Origin: Spirochaetia bacterium
Lineage (GTDB): Bacteria; Spirochaetota; Spirochaetia; SZUA-6; Bin103
Length of the DNA: 64,000 nucleotides
Reading direction: 5' to 3'
Assembly: GCA_965203515.1 (NCBI GenBank)
Contig: OZ241907.1
Span: forward strand, 3,360,001 to 3,424,000
Each line of letters begins with the position of its first letter. Within the stretch, counting starts at the first letter, position 1. The position numbers were made by a program, and so were the translations under genes. This document shows, piece by piece, positions 1 through 9,773 of this stretch. Under the pieces are notes generated by a model. The model was not told where the DNA came from. It saw only the letters and a program-made list of their open reading frames with translations, and ran no database searches.

Positions 1-1
1 A

Positions 2-21
2 AACGAAAGGATCGTTTCGTT
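2..21. promoter_or_regulatory. Near-perfect 20-bp palindrome, candidate transcription-factor operator
   Basis: AACGAAAGGATCGTTTCGTT, one mismatch from a perfect palindrome, AT-rich, about 65 bp upstream of the amidase start. Confidence 0.45.
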
Positions 22-86
22 CACGTACGGCGAGTGACGCGGCGCGCTGTTGTCTCCCCGCATACGGCCGTCGATCATAGGCGACG

Positions 87-1580
87 ATGAGCCCTTCCGG
101 ACCGGACGGCGCGATCCGCCGGCTGCTCGACGCCTATCGCCGCGGCGAAACGACCGTCCGGGACGAGCTTGCGCGCGCCTTCGCGCGCATCGCGGCCGTC
201 GACCGCGCCGGCCCGACCCTCAACGCCGTGCTGCGCATCGACCCGGATGCCCAATGGACCGCCCGGCGCCTCGATGCCGAGCGGCGTGCCGGCGCCGCCA
301 TCGGCTCCCTGCACGGCGTGCCGGTGCTCCTGAAGGACAACGTCGATACCGGCGGCGGATCGATGGCGACCAGCGCCGGCGCGCTGGCCCTGGCCGATTC
401 GTTCGCGCCGGCCGACGCGCCCCTGGTCCGCCGCCTGCGCGCGGCCGGCGCGCTCATCATCGGCAAGACCAACATGACCGAGCTGGCCAACTACATGTCG
501 ACCGGTATGCCGGGCGGCTACAGCTCGCTGGGCGGACAGGTCATCAACCCGCATCATCCGGCGCTGCCGGTCTCCACGTCGAGCTCCGGGTCGGCGGCGG
601 CCGTGGCCGCCGGATTGTGCCCCGCCGCGATCGGCACCGAAACCGCCGGCTCGATCCTGGCGCCGGCGTTCGCCAACGGCATCGCCGGCATCAAACCGAC
701 CGTCGGGCTGGTCTCCAGGACCGGCATCGTGCCGATCTCCTTCAGCCAGGATACCGCCGGGCCGCTCGCCCGCAGCGTGGAGGACGCCGCTCGGGTGCTC
801 ACCGTGATCGCGGGCCCGGATGAGGAGGACGCGGCCACGCACGGCGCGCCGGTCGTCGACTACCGCCTCCACCTGCGCCGCGACGGTCTGCGCGGCGCGC
901 GCATCGGCATCCCCCGGACCGGATTCTGGGACGACCAGGGCGATGCGTGGCGCGACACGCTGGAAGGGGTCCGCGCCGCGCTGCAAGACGGCGGCGCGGA
1001 GGTCGTCGATCCCGCCGACCTTGCCACCGCCGACCGGATCGCGTGGTCGCCGGTCATGCTGTACGAGTTCAAGGCGGCGATGAACGCCTACCTGCGCCGG
1101 CTCGGTCCCGGCGCCCCGTGCCGGACGCTCGCCGACCTGATCGCCTTCAACGCCGCCCACGCTCAAGCGGCGCTGCGCTACGGGCAGGTGTGGCTGCTGC
1201 GCGCCGAGCACGAGACCTCCGGCCGCATGCATGAAGCGGCCTATCTGAACGCCCGTGCGGAGGACCTGCGCCTGTGCCGCACGGAGGGCATCGACGCCAC
1301 GCTCGACCGGTACGGACTCGACGCCCTGGTGTTTCCGCACGGCGCCGGATCATCGATCGCCGCCCGCGCCGGCTACCCCTCGGTGGCGGTGCCGCTCGGT
1401 TTCGCGCCGGCCGCCGGCGGCCCGGCGACGACCGGGCCGCGCGCGCCAACCGGGCCGCGCGCGCCGATCGAGCCGCGCGGGGTGATGTTCACCGGCACCG
1501 CATTCAGCGAGCCGGTCCTGGTGCGCATCGCCCACGCTTTCGAACTCCGCACCCGCGGCCGCGTCAGCCCGGCGCTCTGA
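87..1580 (+). CDS. Amidase signature family protein
   Basis: [11 protein letters not shown] (catalytic Lys), GKTNMTE, Ser-rich [46 protein letters not shown]. Confidence 0.9.
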   Translation: MSPSGPDGAIRRLLDAYRRGETTVRDELARAFARIAAVDRAGPTLNAVLRIDPDAQWTARRLDAERRAGAAIGSLHGVPVLLKDNVDTGGGSMATSAGALALADSFAPADAPLVRRLRAAGALIIGKTNMTELANYMSTGMPGGYSSLGGQVINPHHPALPVSTSSSGSAAAVAAGLCPAAIGTETAGSILAPAFANGIAGIKPTVGLVSRTGIVPISFSQDTAGPLARSVEDAARVLTVIAGPDEEDAATHGAPVVDYRLHLRRDGLRGARIGIPRTGFWDDQGDAWRDTLEGVRAALQDGGAEVVDPADLATADRIAWSPVMLYEFKAAMNAYLRRLGPGAPCRTLADLIAFNAAHAQAALRYGQVWLLRAEHETSGRMHEAAYLNARAEDLRLCRTEGIDATLDRYGLDALVFPHGAGSSIAARAGYPSVAVPLGFAPAAGGPATTGPRAPTGPRAPIEPRGVMFTGTAFSEPVLVRIAHAFELRTRGRVSPAL

Positions 1581-1611
1581 CTTGAGGCGCAGCCGCCGGC
1601 GGCCGACCCGG

Positions 1612-2622
1612 TCAGGCCGGTACCGGCGCGTCGCGTCTGATCAGATCGCGGTCGCGCAACTCCTGCCAGAAGGAGGCCGGGATCGCCGCGCGGACCAACT
1701 CCAGGTTGTCGAGCACCCGTTCCGGGCGGCGCGTGCCCGGTACGATGCAGGCGACCGCCGGGTGAGCCAGCGCAAACTGGCTGGCGGCGGCGCGCAGGTC
1801 GACTCCGTGGGTGGCCGCCGCCGTCTCCAGACTCCGCACCTTGGCGACGATGTCGGGCGGCGCCTCCATGTAGTCATAGCGCGCTCCGTCGGGGCCGCCC
1901 TTCGAACCGCTGGCCAGGATGCCGCTGTTGAAGGTGCCGCCGGCGATGATGCCGATGCCCTGCTCCATGCAGAGCGGCAGCAGCTCGTCCAGCGCGCCCT
2001 GCTCCAGGATCGTGTAGCGGCCGGCCAGCAGGAAGCAGTCGAAGTCGCCCGCCCGCGCCAGGCGGACCAGCATCTCGCTCTGGTTCATGCCGGCGCCGAC
2101 CGCGCCGATGACGCCCTGCGAGCGGAGCCGGTCCAGCACCGGGTAGGCGCCGTCCATCGCCTCGGCAAAGTGCTCGTCTTCGTCCGGATCGTGGATGTGC
2201 ACCACGTCCAGACGGTCGACGCCGAGGCGGGTGAGGCTGTTGTCGAGCGAGCGCTCGACCCAGTCGGCGCCGTAGTCGCGGCGGCACTCCACCATCCAGG
2301 CGCCGGGGCTGTCCCACGTCTTCGAAAAGGCGCTGGGGCCCGGCACGTGTTCGAACCGCCAGCCGACCTTGGTCGCCAACACGTAGCTGTCGCGCGGTAC
2401 CCCGCGCAACGCGGCGCCGACGCGCCGCTCGCTGATGCCGGCCCCGTAGAGCGCCGCGGTATCGATGAAGGTGACGCCGGCCTGCAGCGCCGCGCGCACG
2501 ACCTGCTGCGCCTGCTCGTCCGGGATGTCGCTGTAGATACTGCCGAGGGGCGCGCAGCCCAGGCCGACCCTGGTGACCTCGATCCCGGTCGTGCCGATCC
2601 TCACGCGCTGCAGCGGGTCCAC
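1612..2622 (-). CDS. Aldo/keto reductase (D-threo-aldose dehydrogenase-like)
   Basis: GTG at 2622 with AGGAGG RBS; GLGCAPLG, IDTAALYGAG, LATKVG, VHIHDPD, LLAGRYTILEQ. The N-terminal half of track ORF 1612..4200 is a shadow. Confidence 0.9.
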   Translation of the reverse strand: MDPLQRVRIGTTGIEVTRVGLGCAPLGSIYSDIPDEQAQQVVRAALQAGVTFIDTAALYGAGISERRVGAALRGVPRDSYVLATKVGWRFEHVPGPSAFSKTWDSPGAWMVECRRDYGADWVERSLDNSLTRLGVDRLDVVHIHDPDEDEHFAEAMDGAYPVLDRLRSQGVIGAVGAGMNQSEMLVRLARAGDFDCFLLAGRYTILEQGALDELLPLCMEQGIGIIAGGTFNSGILASGSKGGPDGARYDYMEAPPDIVAKVRSLETAAATHGVDLRAAASQFALAHPAVACIVPGTRRPERVLDNLELVRAAIPASFWQELRDRDLIRRDAPVPA

Positions 2623-2687
2623 TCGATCCTCCTGCCCGGCACGGAGACTGCCATGCCGGCGCCGTACTGTCGAGCCCGCGTTTCCCC

Positions 2688-2732
2688 TTGACATTCTTAC
2701 ACGTGCCATTAGAAAGTACCTTGAGTTTCTAA
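2688..2732 (+). promoter_or_regulatory. Sigma70-like -35 and inverted-repeat operator upstream of the AAA/DUF4143 gene
   Basis: TTGACA at 2688-2693; TTAGAAA-N10-TTTCTAA at 2709-2732 in an AT-rich patch. Confidence 0.5.
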
Positions 2733-2766
2733 CAACACGCGAAAGGACGGCACATTTCGATTCGGC

Positions 2767-4083
2767 ATGTATCGGTTCGCACAGGAACAGCTCGTCAGAT
2801 GGAAGTCCGCAACCCGGCGCAAACCGCTCATCGTCAGGGGCGCGCGGCAGGTGGGCAAGACCTGGCTGATCAGGCGCTTTGCCGAGGCGGAGTTCGACTC
2901 GCTGGTCGACGTGGATCTGGAGAAGCGGCGCGACCTGCACGGCTGCTTCGGAGACGACCTCGACGCCGGGACCGTGATCCGGCATCTCGAACTGGACAGC
3001 GGCGCCCGCATCGTGCCGGGACGCACGCTGCTGTTCCTCGACGAGGTCCAGGCCTGTCCGCGCGCGATCATGGCGCTGCGCTACCTCTACGAGCAGCGGC
3101 CCGCATTGCACGTGATCGCTGCCGGATCGCTGCTGGAGTTCGCGCTGGGCGAAATCCCGGTACCGGTGGGACGGGTGCAGCAGCTGCACCTCTACCCCAT
3201 GACCTTCCGCGAGTACCTGGCGGGGATCGGCAACCAGGTGGCGGCCGACTGCGCGGCGCAGCATCCGTCGGCCGTGGACGAAGGCATGCAGCGCCGGCTG
3301 CTGCACGAGTTGAAGACCTACTTCTTCATCGGCGGCATGCCCGAAAGCGTGCAGGCGTACCGCGATACCGGCTCGATCGTGGCCGCGTCCCGGGTCCAGC
3401 GCGAGATCATCGGCACCTGCCGCGACGATTTCGCGAAGTACGCGCCGCGGGCGGACCCGACCTGCCTGGACGCGGTGCTCCTCAGCGTGGCGCGCACCAT
3501 CGGCGATCAGATCAAGTACGCGCGCCTGGATCGCGGCCACTCGGGGCCGACCAACCGGCGGGCGTTCGACGTGCTGCGCAAGGCGCGGCTGATCCACAAG
3601 ATCGCCTCGTGCGACCCGTCCGGTCTGCCGCTGGGCGCGAGCGCCGACGACCGTCGATTCAAGGCGGCGCTGCTCGACATCGGTCTGCTCCAAACCCTGT
3701 GCCGCGTCCCGGTCGAGGTGGAGCTGCGCGAGCGCGATCTGCTGGCCATCTACCGGGGCGCGCTGGCGGCGCAGTTCGCCGCGCAGGAATTGATCGCGTA
3801 CCACGACTCGGAGCTGTTCTACTGGGCGCGGAACGCGCGCGGATCGAGCGCGGAAGTCGACTACTTGGCGGTGCGCGGCGGCCGGATCGTGCCGGTCGAG
3901 GTAAAGTCCGGCGCCGCCGGCAGCCTGCGCAGCCTGCACCTGATGCTCGACGCCTATCCCCGTTGCGCCGACGGCGTGGTCCTGTACTCCGGACCCTACT
4001 CCCGCCTGCCGGAGCAGCGGCTCACCTTCATGCCGCTCTACTACGCCGGCGCGGTCGGCGATCCGGCCCCCGCTATCGTGTGA
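2767..4083 (+). CDS. ATP-binding protein, AAA_14 + DUF4143 family
   Basis: Walker A GARQVGKT, Walker B LFLDEVQ, AAGSLL, YFFIGGMP, C-terminal FYWAR...AEVDY...VPVEVKSG. Confidence 0.9.
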   Translation: MYRFAQEQLVRWKSATRRKPLIVRGARQVGKTWLIRRFAEAEFDSLVDVDLEKRRDLHGCFGDDLDAGTVIRHLELDSGARIVPGRTLLFLDEVQACPRAIMALRYLYEQRPALHVIAAGSLLEFALGEIPVPVGRVQQLHLYPMTFREYLAGIGNQVAADCAAQHPSAVDEGMQRRLLHELKTYFFIGGMPESVQAYRDTGSIVAASRVQREIIGTCRDDFAKYAPRADPTCLDAVLLSVARTIGDQIKYARLDRGHSGPTNRRAFDVLRKARLIHKIASCDPSGLPLGASADDRRFKAALLDIGLLQTLCRVPVEVELRERDLLAIYRGALAAQFAAQELIAYHDSELFYWARNARGSSAEVDYLAVRGGRIVPVEVKSGAAGSLRSLHLMLDAYPRCADGVVLYSGPYSRLPEQRLTFMPLYYAGAVGDPAPAIV

Positions 4084-4090
4084 GCAGCGG

Positions 4091-5167
4091 CTACGCGGAC
4101 GCCGCCCGGTAGCGGCGCACGATGTCGATGATGAGGCTGAGATCATGGCGGACGTCGGCCAGCGGCGTGCGATTGGGGACGCCGTCGACCACGCTCGCAT
4201 GGAAGTGGCGCAGCTCGCCGGCGAAGGCGCTCTGCCAGTCGACGGCCGGCTCGGTGCGGAAGGCCCGGCCGTCGTCGTCGATCCCCTGCACCACCAGCGT
4301 GCAGGGGATGCCGCGCGCGAAACCGGTCGGATAGGAGAGCACCACGCGCCGGCGGTCGCCGTAGACCTCCAGGGTCTCCCGGAAATCCCAGAGATCGGGC
4401 AGGTCGACCCAGGTGGCGACGCAGCGCGCGCCGTTCGCGTACGCCAGCGTGCAGGTGACGGCGCGGCCTTCGCGCCAGATGTCGGCGCCGATCACCGCGG
4501 ACGGCCGGCCCAGCATCACGCGCAGGCTGTACAGGTCGTGGATCATGCTGCCGGTCATCAGGAAGAAGGCGCGCTCCAGCTCCTCGTCGACCGGGCCGAT
4601 CGCCTGCCGGCAGGCGGCGCGCCGCGCCTCCTCCGCCGCTTCCAGGCTCCCGGGCGGGTGATCGTCGAAGCGCTGCAGATCGAACTGCCGCAGGTGGAGC
4701 CGGTTGTCGGGGTGCAGGTGGTTGATCTGGACGAAGCGGATATCCTCCATGCGCCGCACCTCCCGCTGCGCCAGCCGGAAGCCCGGCTCGTATACCTTCA
4801 CGTAGCCGGCCTGCGCCACCAGACCGGAGGTGCGGGCGGCGACCATGGCGTCGATCTCCTGCAGAGAGAAGCAGACCGGCTTTTCGATGAACAGGTGCTT
4901 GCCGGCCTGCAGCGCGGCGACCGCCGCCTCGGTCTTGGGATCGGTATGGCACAGCACGACGGCGTCGACGTCGCGGTCCAGCACGCGGCGGTAGTCGGTG
5001 ACGTGGTCCGGCACGTGGAAGCGGCGCGCGGCGGCCGCGGCGGCCAAGGGCGACACGTCGCACACCACGGCCACCTCGAACCGGTCGTGCAGCGCGGTGA
5101 GGTTGGGCAGGTGGTGTATCTGGGCGATCGCGCCGCAGCCGACCACGCCGACGCGGAGGCGGCTCAT
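4091..5167 (-). CDS. Gfo/Idh/MocA family oxidoreductase
   Basis: ATG at 5167 overlaps the upstream stop (ATGA); VGVVGCGAIA, GKHLFIEKPV, SMIHDL. Confidence 0.88.
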   Translation of the reverse strand: MSRLRVGVVGCGAIAQIHHLPNLTALHDRFEVAVVCDVSPLAAAAAARRFHVPDHVTDYRRVLDRDVDAVVLCHTDPKTEAAVAALQAGKHLFIEKPVCFSLQEIDAMVAARTSGLVAQAGYVKVYEPGFRLAQREVRRMEDIRFVQINHLHPDNRLHLRQFDLQRFDDHPPGSLEAAEEARRAACRQAIGPVDEELERAFFLMTGSMIHDLYSLRVMLGRPSAVIGADIWREGRAVTCTLAYANGARCVATWVDLPDLWDFRETLEVYGDRRRVVLSYPTGFARGIPCTLVVQGIDDDGRAFRTEPAVDWQSAFAGELRHFHASVVDGVPNRTPLADVRHDLSLIIDIVRRYRAASA

Positions 5168-5835
5168 GCGCCCGACCGGCCGGCCGGCCGGTCTTCCGGC
5201 GCCGGGTCGGCGGTGCGCGCCGCGAACGCGTTCCAGGCGTCGCCGAGCGCCATGGTCCGGCTGAACACGTCCGACAGCGCGTCCCACATCCGTTCGCGGG
5301 CGGCGGCAGCCGCCCGCTCGTCCCCGGCCGCCACCGCCTGCAGGTAGCGGTCCGCCGCCGCCCGCTGGACGGAGCCGGCGGCGGCGGCCGATTCCGCCAG
5401 CGCCGCGGCCGCCGCCGCATGGCGGCCGGCCAGCTCGGTCGTGCGGGTTGCGCGGTCGGCCGGCTCGTCGTAGGAGCCGGACGGCATGAACCGCGGCGGC
5501 ATCTTCGTGCCGTCCTCGTTCCAGAAGGTGTGGGTCGGCTGCACGTGCGGGGTAACCGACAGGAACATGATCACCTCTTCGTCGCCGGCGTTGCGCACGG
5601 TGTGGTACTGATCGGCCAGAGCGATGCAGAACTGACCGGGGCCAAGGGTGGCGCGCTGCCCGTCGACCTCGAACTCCGCCTGCCCCTGCAGCACCAGGAA
5701 GATCTCGTGGCCCAGGTCATGGGTATGGCCGGCGTTGCACTGGCCGACCTCCATCTTGAGAAACCGGCAGCGGATCTGCGGCGTCACCAGCACGTTGGCG
5801 ATGTCGGTGCGGAAATCGTAGACTTTGAGGCTCAT
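5164..5835 (-). CDS. Cupin domain protein
   Basis: GHTHDLGHEIFLVLQGQ...DQYHTVRN cupin motifs followed by an Ala-rich helical tail. Confidence 0.8.
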   Translation of the reverse strand: MSLKVYDFRTDIANVLVTPQIRCRFLKMEVGQCNAGHTHDLGHEIFLVLQGQAEFEVDGQRATLGPGQFCIALADQYHTVRNAGDEEVIMFLSVTPHVQPTHTFWNEDGTKMPPRFMPSGSYDEPADRATRTTELAGRHAAAAAALAESAAAAGSVQRAAADRYLQAVAAGDERAAAAARERMWDALSDVFSRTMALGDAWNAFAARTADPAPEDRPAGRSGA

Positions 5836-5885
5836 ACGCGCCGGTAGCGTGGCTGCAACGCGCCATGTTTGGCAAGATGCGCCGC

Positions 5886-6335
5886 ATGGAGTTCCAGCGA
5901 TACTTCTCTCGAGCCGACGCGGTTCGCACGCTGCCGCTGGTCAAGCGAATCGTGGCCGACATCCTGGACACCGGGCGCAGCCTGCGGCACTACCTGCAAC
6001 AGGCCGCTCCACGGCATGCCCGCGTGACGGCTGCCGCCGGGGCGACGCTCGGCGAACAGCGCCGCGCCGCCGAACGCCTGTGGGACGAAGACCCGACCAT
6101 TCAGGAGCATCGCGCCGCCCTGCTGGAGTATCTGGCCGAGCTGGACTCGATAGGCTGCCTCTACAAGGACTGGAACTTCGACCTGGGCCTGATCGACTTC
6201 CCGGCGATCGTCGACGGCGAGCAGGTATTCCTGTGCTGGCGCAGCGACGAGCCGGAGCTGGCCTTCTACCACCGTATCGAGGACGGCTACGCCGGCCGCC
6301 GGCCCCTGCCGCCCGACTGGACCGGGGAGCGGTAG
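5886..6335 (+). CDS. DUF2203 family protein
   Basis: RYFSRADAVRTLPLV start; GCLYKD...GLIDFPA...VFLCWR.DEP...FYH...GYAGRRPL C-terminus. Confidence 0.8.
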   Translation: MEFQRYFSRADAVRTLPLVKRIVADILDTGRSLRHYLQQAAPRHARVTAAAGATLGEQRRAAERLWDEDPTIQEHRAALLEYLAELDSIGCLYKDWNFDLGLIDFPAIVDGEQVFLCWRSDEPELAFYHRIEDGYAGRRPLPPDWTGER

Positions 6336-6336
6336 C

Positions 6337-7002
6337 CTATTTCCGGCGCGCCGAGCGGACGAACGACAGGGCGGCGGCGACGCGGGCGGCGATCCGGCCG
6401 TAGGCGGCCTGCCGGCGGTCCGCCTCCGGAAAGAGGGCGCTGCCGATGCCCACCGCGCAGGCGCCGGCGCCCAGCCACGCGCCGATGCTCTCCGCCGATA
6501 CCGCCACCCCGCCGGTCGGCAGGATGCTGGTCCACGGCATCGGCCCGCGCACCGCGCGTACGAACTCCGGGCCGCCGACCGTGCCGGGGAACACCTTGAC
6601 GATTTCCGCCCCCAGCTCCTCGGCGCGGCCGATTTCCCCGGGGGTCATGCAGCCGGGGATATAGGGCACCTTGCGCCGGTTGCAGAGGCGCGCGGTCGCC
6701 TCGTCCAGGGAAGGGCTGACGATGAACCGCGCTCCGGCGGAGATGTAGTGCGCGGCGGTCGGCGCATCCATGATCGACCCCGCGCCGATCCACACGCCGC
6801 TGTCGCGCAGGCGCCCGACGACGGCCGCGAACGCGGCAAGCGCGCCGGGACCGCGGTCGGTCAGCTCCACCACGCGCGCGCCGCCTTCGACGCAGGCGGC
6901 GGCGAGCCGGCCGGCCGCCTCCAGGTCCGGCTCATGGAAGAGCGGCACCACGCCGGTCTCGTGGATCGCCGCATAGCAGCGCAGGCGATCGCTCACCGCC
7001 AC
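6337..7002 (-). CDS. eda: KDPG/KHG aldolase
   Basis: VVELTDR, IGAGSIMD, GARFIVSP, YIPGCMTPGEI, VKVFPG, LPTGGV; 1 bp from uxaC. Confidence 0.85.
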   Translation of the reverse strand: MAVSDRLRCYAAIHETGVVPLFHEPDLEAAGRLAAACVEGGARVVELTDRGPGALAAFAAVVGRLRDSGVWIGAGSIMDAPTAAHYISAGARFIVSPSLDEATARLCNRRKVPYIPGCMTPGEIGRAEELGAEIVKVFPGTVGGPEFVRAVRGPMPWTSILPTGGVAVSAESIGAWLGAGACAVGIGSALFPEADRRQAAYGRIAARVAAALSFVRSARRK

Positions 7003-7003
7003 G

Positions 7004-8437
7004 TCAGGACCCGATCCCGAAGTAGCGCTCGGCGTTGCCGTAGCAGATGTCGGCGACGATGCCGCCGAGCAGCTCGAAGTCGGCCGGCAGCAGCCCGCGT
7101 TCGATCTCGTCGCCCAGGATGCCGCACAGCAGCCGGCGAAAGTAATCGTGCCGAGGATAGGAAAGGAAGCTCCGCGAGTCGGTCACCATGCCGACGAAGC
7201 AGCTCAGCAGGCCGCTGTTCGACAGCGCATCGATCTGGCGCGTCATGCCGCCGATCTGATCGTTGAACCACCAGGCGGTCCCGAACTGCATGCGGCCGCG
7301 TACGGCCCTGCCGTGCGGATCAGTGCCCTGGAAGTTGCCGACCATCGCTGCGAACAGATCATTCTGCGCCGGGTCCAGGTTGTAGAGGATCGTCTTGGGC
7401 AGCTTGCCGGCCTGTTCCAGCCGGTCGAAGAACCGCGCCATCGACCGCGCCGGCGGCGGGTCGCCGATCGAATCGTAGCCGGCATCGCGGCCGAGCGCCT
7501 CGAACCCGCGCCGGTTGGTGTTGCGCAGCGCCCCCAGGTGGAACTGCTGCACCCAGCCGGCATCGGCGTCCATGCGCGCCATCTCGTAGAGGACCGCCGA
7601 GCGGTACTTGCGCGCCGCTTCCGGCTCGGCAGCCTGCCCCTGCACGGCCTCCCGAAAGGTCCGCTCGACCGCCCGCGCCGTGTACGGCTCGGCATCCAGC
7701 GCCTCCAGCCCGTGATCGGACACCCGGCAGCCGGCGGCGTGGAAGTCCGCGTGGCGCTCGGCCAGGGCGGCGAGCATGCCGTCGTAGTCGACGATCTCCC
7801 TGCCGACGCGCTCTCCCAGGTCGACCAGCCAACCGTTCAGCCGCTCCGGGTCGTCGGCGGCCAGGGCGTGATCGGCGCGAAAGCCCGGCACCACCGTGCA
7901 CGGCGCGCCCGACCGGCGGATGCGCTCGTGGTGCTCCAGGCTGTCGGCCGGGTCGTCGGTGGTGCAGACGACCCGCACGTTCATCATGCGCAACAGCCCG
8001 TGCGTGCGCAGCTCCGGCTGCCGCAGCCGCTCGTTGCAGGCGCGGTAGATCGGCTCGGCCGTCGCCGGCGACAGCAGGTCGCGCACCTCGAACGGTCTGC
8101 GCAGCTCCATGTGCGTCCAGTGGTAGAGCGGGTTGCGCACGGTGTACGGCACCGTATCCGCCCACGCCGCGAACTTCTCGTAGTCGCCGGCATCGCCGGT
8201 GATCAGCCGCTCGTCGACCCCGAGCGCCCGCATGGCGCGCCACTTGTAGTGGTCGCCGGCCAGCCAGATCTGCGTGATGGTCGGAAAGTCGCGGTTGTCG
8301 GCGATCTCCCGCACCGGCAGGTGGCAGTGGTAGTCGAAGATCGGCTGGCCGGCCGCGTACTCGCGGTACAGCCGGCGCGCCGACTCGTTCGGCAGCAGGA
8401 AGTCGGGTCCAAGGAACGGTTCGGCCATGGCGGACAT
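7004..8437 (-). CDS. uxaC: Glucuronate isomerase
   Basis: IFDYHCHL, GDHYKWRAMR, NPLYHWTHMEL, CTTDDPAD, SDHG, AWWFND, GMVTDSRSFLSYPRHDYFRR. Confidence 0.97.
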   Translation of the reverse strand: MSAMAEPFLGPDFLLPNESARRLYREYAAGQPIFDYHCHLPVREIADNRDFPTITQIWLAGDHYKWRAMRALGVDERLITGDAGDYEKFAAWADTVPYTVRNPLYHWTHMELRRPFEVRDLLSPATAEPIYRACNERLRQPELRTHGLLRMMNVRVVCTTDDPADSLEHHERIRRSGAPCTVVPGFRADHALAADDPERLNGWLVDLGERVGREIVDYDGMLAALAERHADFHAAGCRVSDHGLEALDAEPYTARAVERTFREAVQGQAAEPEAARKYRSAVLYEMARMDADAGWVQQFHLGALRNTNRRGFEALGRDAGYDSIGDPPPARSMARFFDRLEQAGKLPKTILYNLDPAQNDLFAAMVGNFQGTDPHGRAVRGRMQFGTAWWFNDQIGGMTRQIDALSNSGLLSCFVGMVTDSRSFLSYPRHDYFRRLLCGILGDEIERGLLPADFELLGGIVADICYGNAERYFGIGS

Positions 8438-8495
8438 CGGCGCCGATGATAGCCGCTTGAGTCGCCGCCCGCCATTCTCATAGTAGGGTGTCGCC

Positions 8496-9662
8496 GTGGG
8501 CCGGATCGAAATCGAGCGCTTCGCCAACACCGATGCCGGCGGGCGCGCCCGGCTGCGCGCTTTCGTCGACTTCCACTGGAGCCACTACCGCGGCGACCCG
8601 CAGTACGTTCCGCTGCTCGACTTCGAGTACCTGGGCTTCCGGCTGCTGGGGATCGACGGCTACTTCGAGCCGCGTTCGCTGTTCCTCCGGCACGCGGCGA
8701 TCGCCTTCTTCATCGCCTACGGCGACCGGCGCCGGCCGGTCGGGCGCTGCATCGCCTACGTCAACGACGACCACAACGCCCACTGGAACGAACGGACCGG
8801 CTTCTTCGGCTGCTTCGAGTCGGTCGACGACCAGGAGGTGACCGACCGTCTGCTGCAGGCGGCCGCCGGCTGGCTGCGCGAGCGCGGCATGCAGGCGATG
8901 CGCGGGCCGCAGAACCTGCCGGTCAACCAGGCCACGCCGGGCGTGCTGACCGAGGGGTTCGATTCCCGTCCGGTCATCTACTACCACTACAACAAGCCGT
9001 ACTACCTGGCCCTGCTGAGCGCCGCCGGCCTGCGCCCCGTCAAACGGGTCCGCTCCTATGAGGTGCCGGTGCACGCGCCCATGGAGCCGAAGCTGCAGCG
9101 AGTGGCGGAGATCGTCCGCAAGCGCGGCGGCGTGGTGTTCGAGACCTGGGGCGAGCGGCCGCTCGCGGAGCGCAAGGAGGAGATGCTCGATATCTACAAC
9201 GACGCATGGAACGACAACTGGGGCTTCGTCCCGTACCGCGCCGAGGAGTTCTTCAAGGTGATCGACGACGAGCAGCTCATCGTCGACCGCGGCCAGTTCT
9301 CGATCGCCTACTGGCAGGGCGAGCCGGCCGCCTTCTTCGGCGGTGTCCCCAACATCCTGGACCGCATGCGGCCGTCACGGCCCTTCCCGCGTTTCGAGCT
9401 GTGGCGGGCGGCGCGCATGCTGGTCACCAGGCGCAGCATCAAGGGGCTGCGTCTGGGCTACCTGGGCGTGAAGAAGAAGTTCCGCAACCGCGGACTGGAG
9501 GGGCTGCTGCTCTGGAAGCAGAAGCTCTACACCCAGCAGCACGACTACCGGTACTGCGACATCGGCTACGTGCTGGAGGACAACGCCCCGGTGCTGAGCA
9601 TGCTGGAGATGATGAACGCCGCGCCGTCGAAGACCTACACGATCCTGGAGATGCCGCTGTAG
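8496..9662 (+). CDS. YghO-like tandem GNAT acyltransferase (bacterial ceramide synthase-like)
   Basis: YRGDPQYVPLL, VGRCIAYVN..HN, GFFGCFES.DD, WLRERGMQAMRGP, GFD..P....YNKPYY, YNDAWNDNWGFVP, LGVKKKFRNRGL, VLEDN. Confidence 0.75.
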   Translation: MGRIEIERFANTDAGGRARLRAFVDFHWSHYRGDPQYVPLLDFEYLGFRLLGIDGYFEPRSLFLRHAAIAFFIAYGDRRRPVGRCIAYVNDDHNAHWNERTGFFGCFESVDDQEVTDRLLQAAAGWLRERGMQAMRGPQNLPVNQATPGVLTEGFDSRPVIYYHYNKPYYLALLSAAGLRPVKRVRSYEVPVHAPMEPKLQRVAEIVRKRGGVVFETWGERPLAERKEEMLDIYNDAWNDNWGFVPYRAEEFFKVIDDEQLIVDRGQFSIAYWQGEPAAFFGGVPNILDRMRPSRPFPRFELWRAARMLVTRRSIKGLRLGYLGVKKKFRNRGLEGLLLWKQKLYTQQHDYRYCDIGYVLEDNAPVLSMLEMMNAAPSKTYTILEMPL

Positions 9663-9773
9663 CGCGGCGGCGCGGCGGTCGATCCGGGCCGTGTTCCAGC
9701 GGGGGCGCCGCGAATGGTCCGCTTCGGGCGGACGGTGGAAGTCGCGCTGCTACGGGCGTCCGGCTCGCTACCG

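Noticed and set aside
2623..4200. 862-aa aldo/keto reductase fusion
   Set aside because: The N-terminal part is the shadow of the AAA/DUF4143 gene; the AKR has its own RBS and GTG at 2622.
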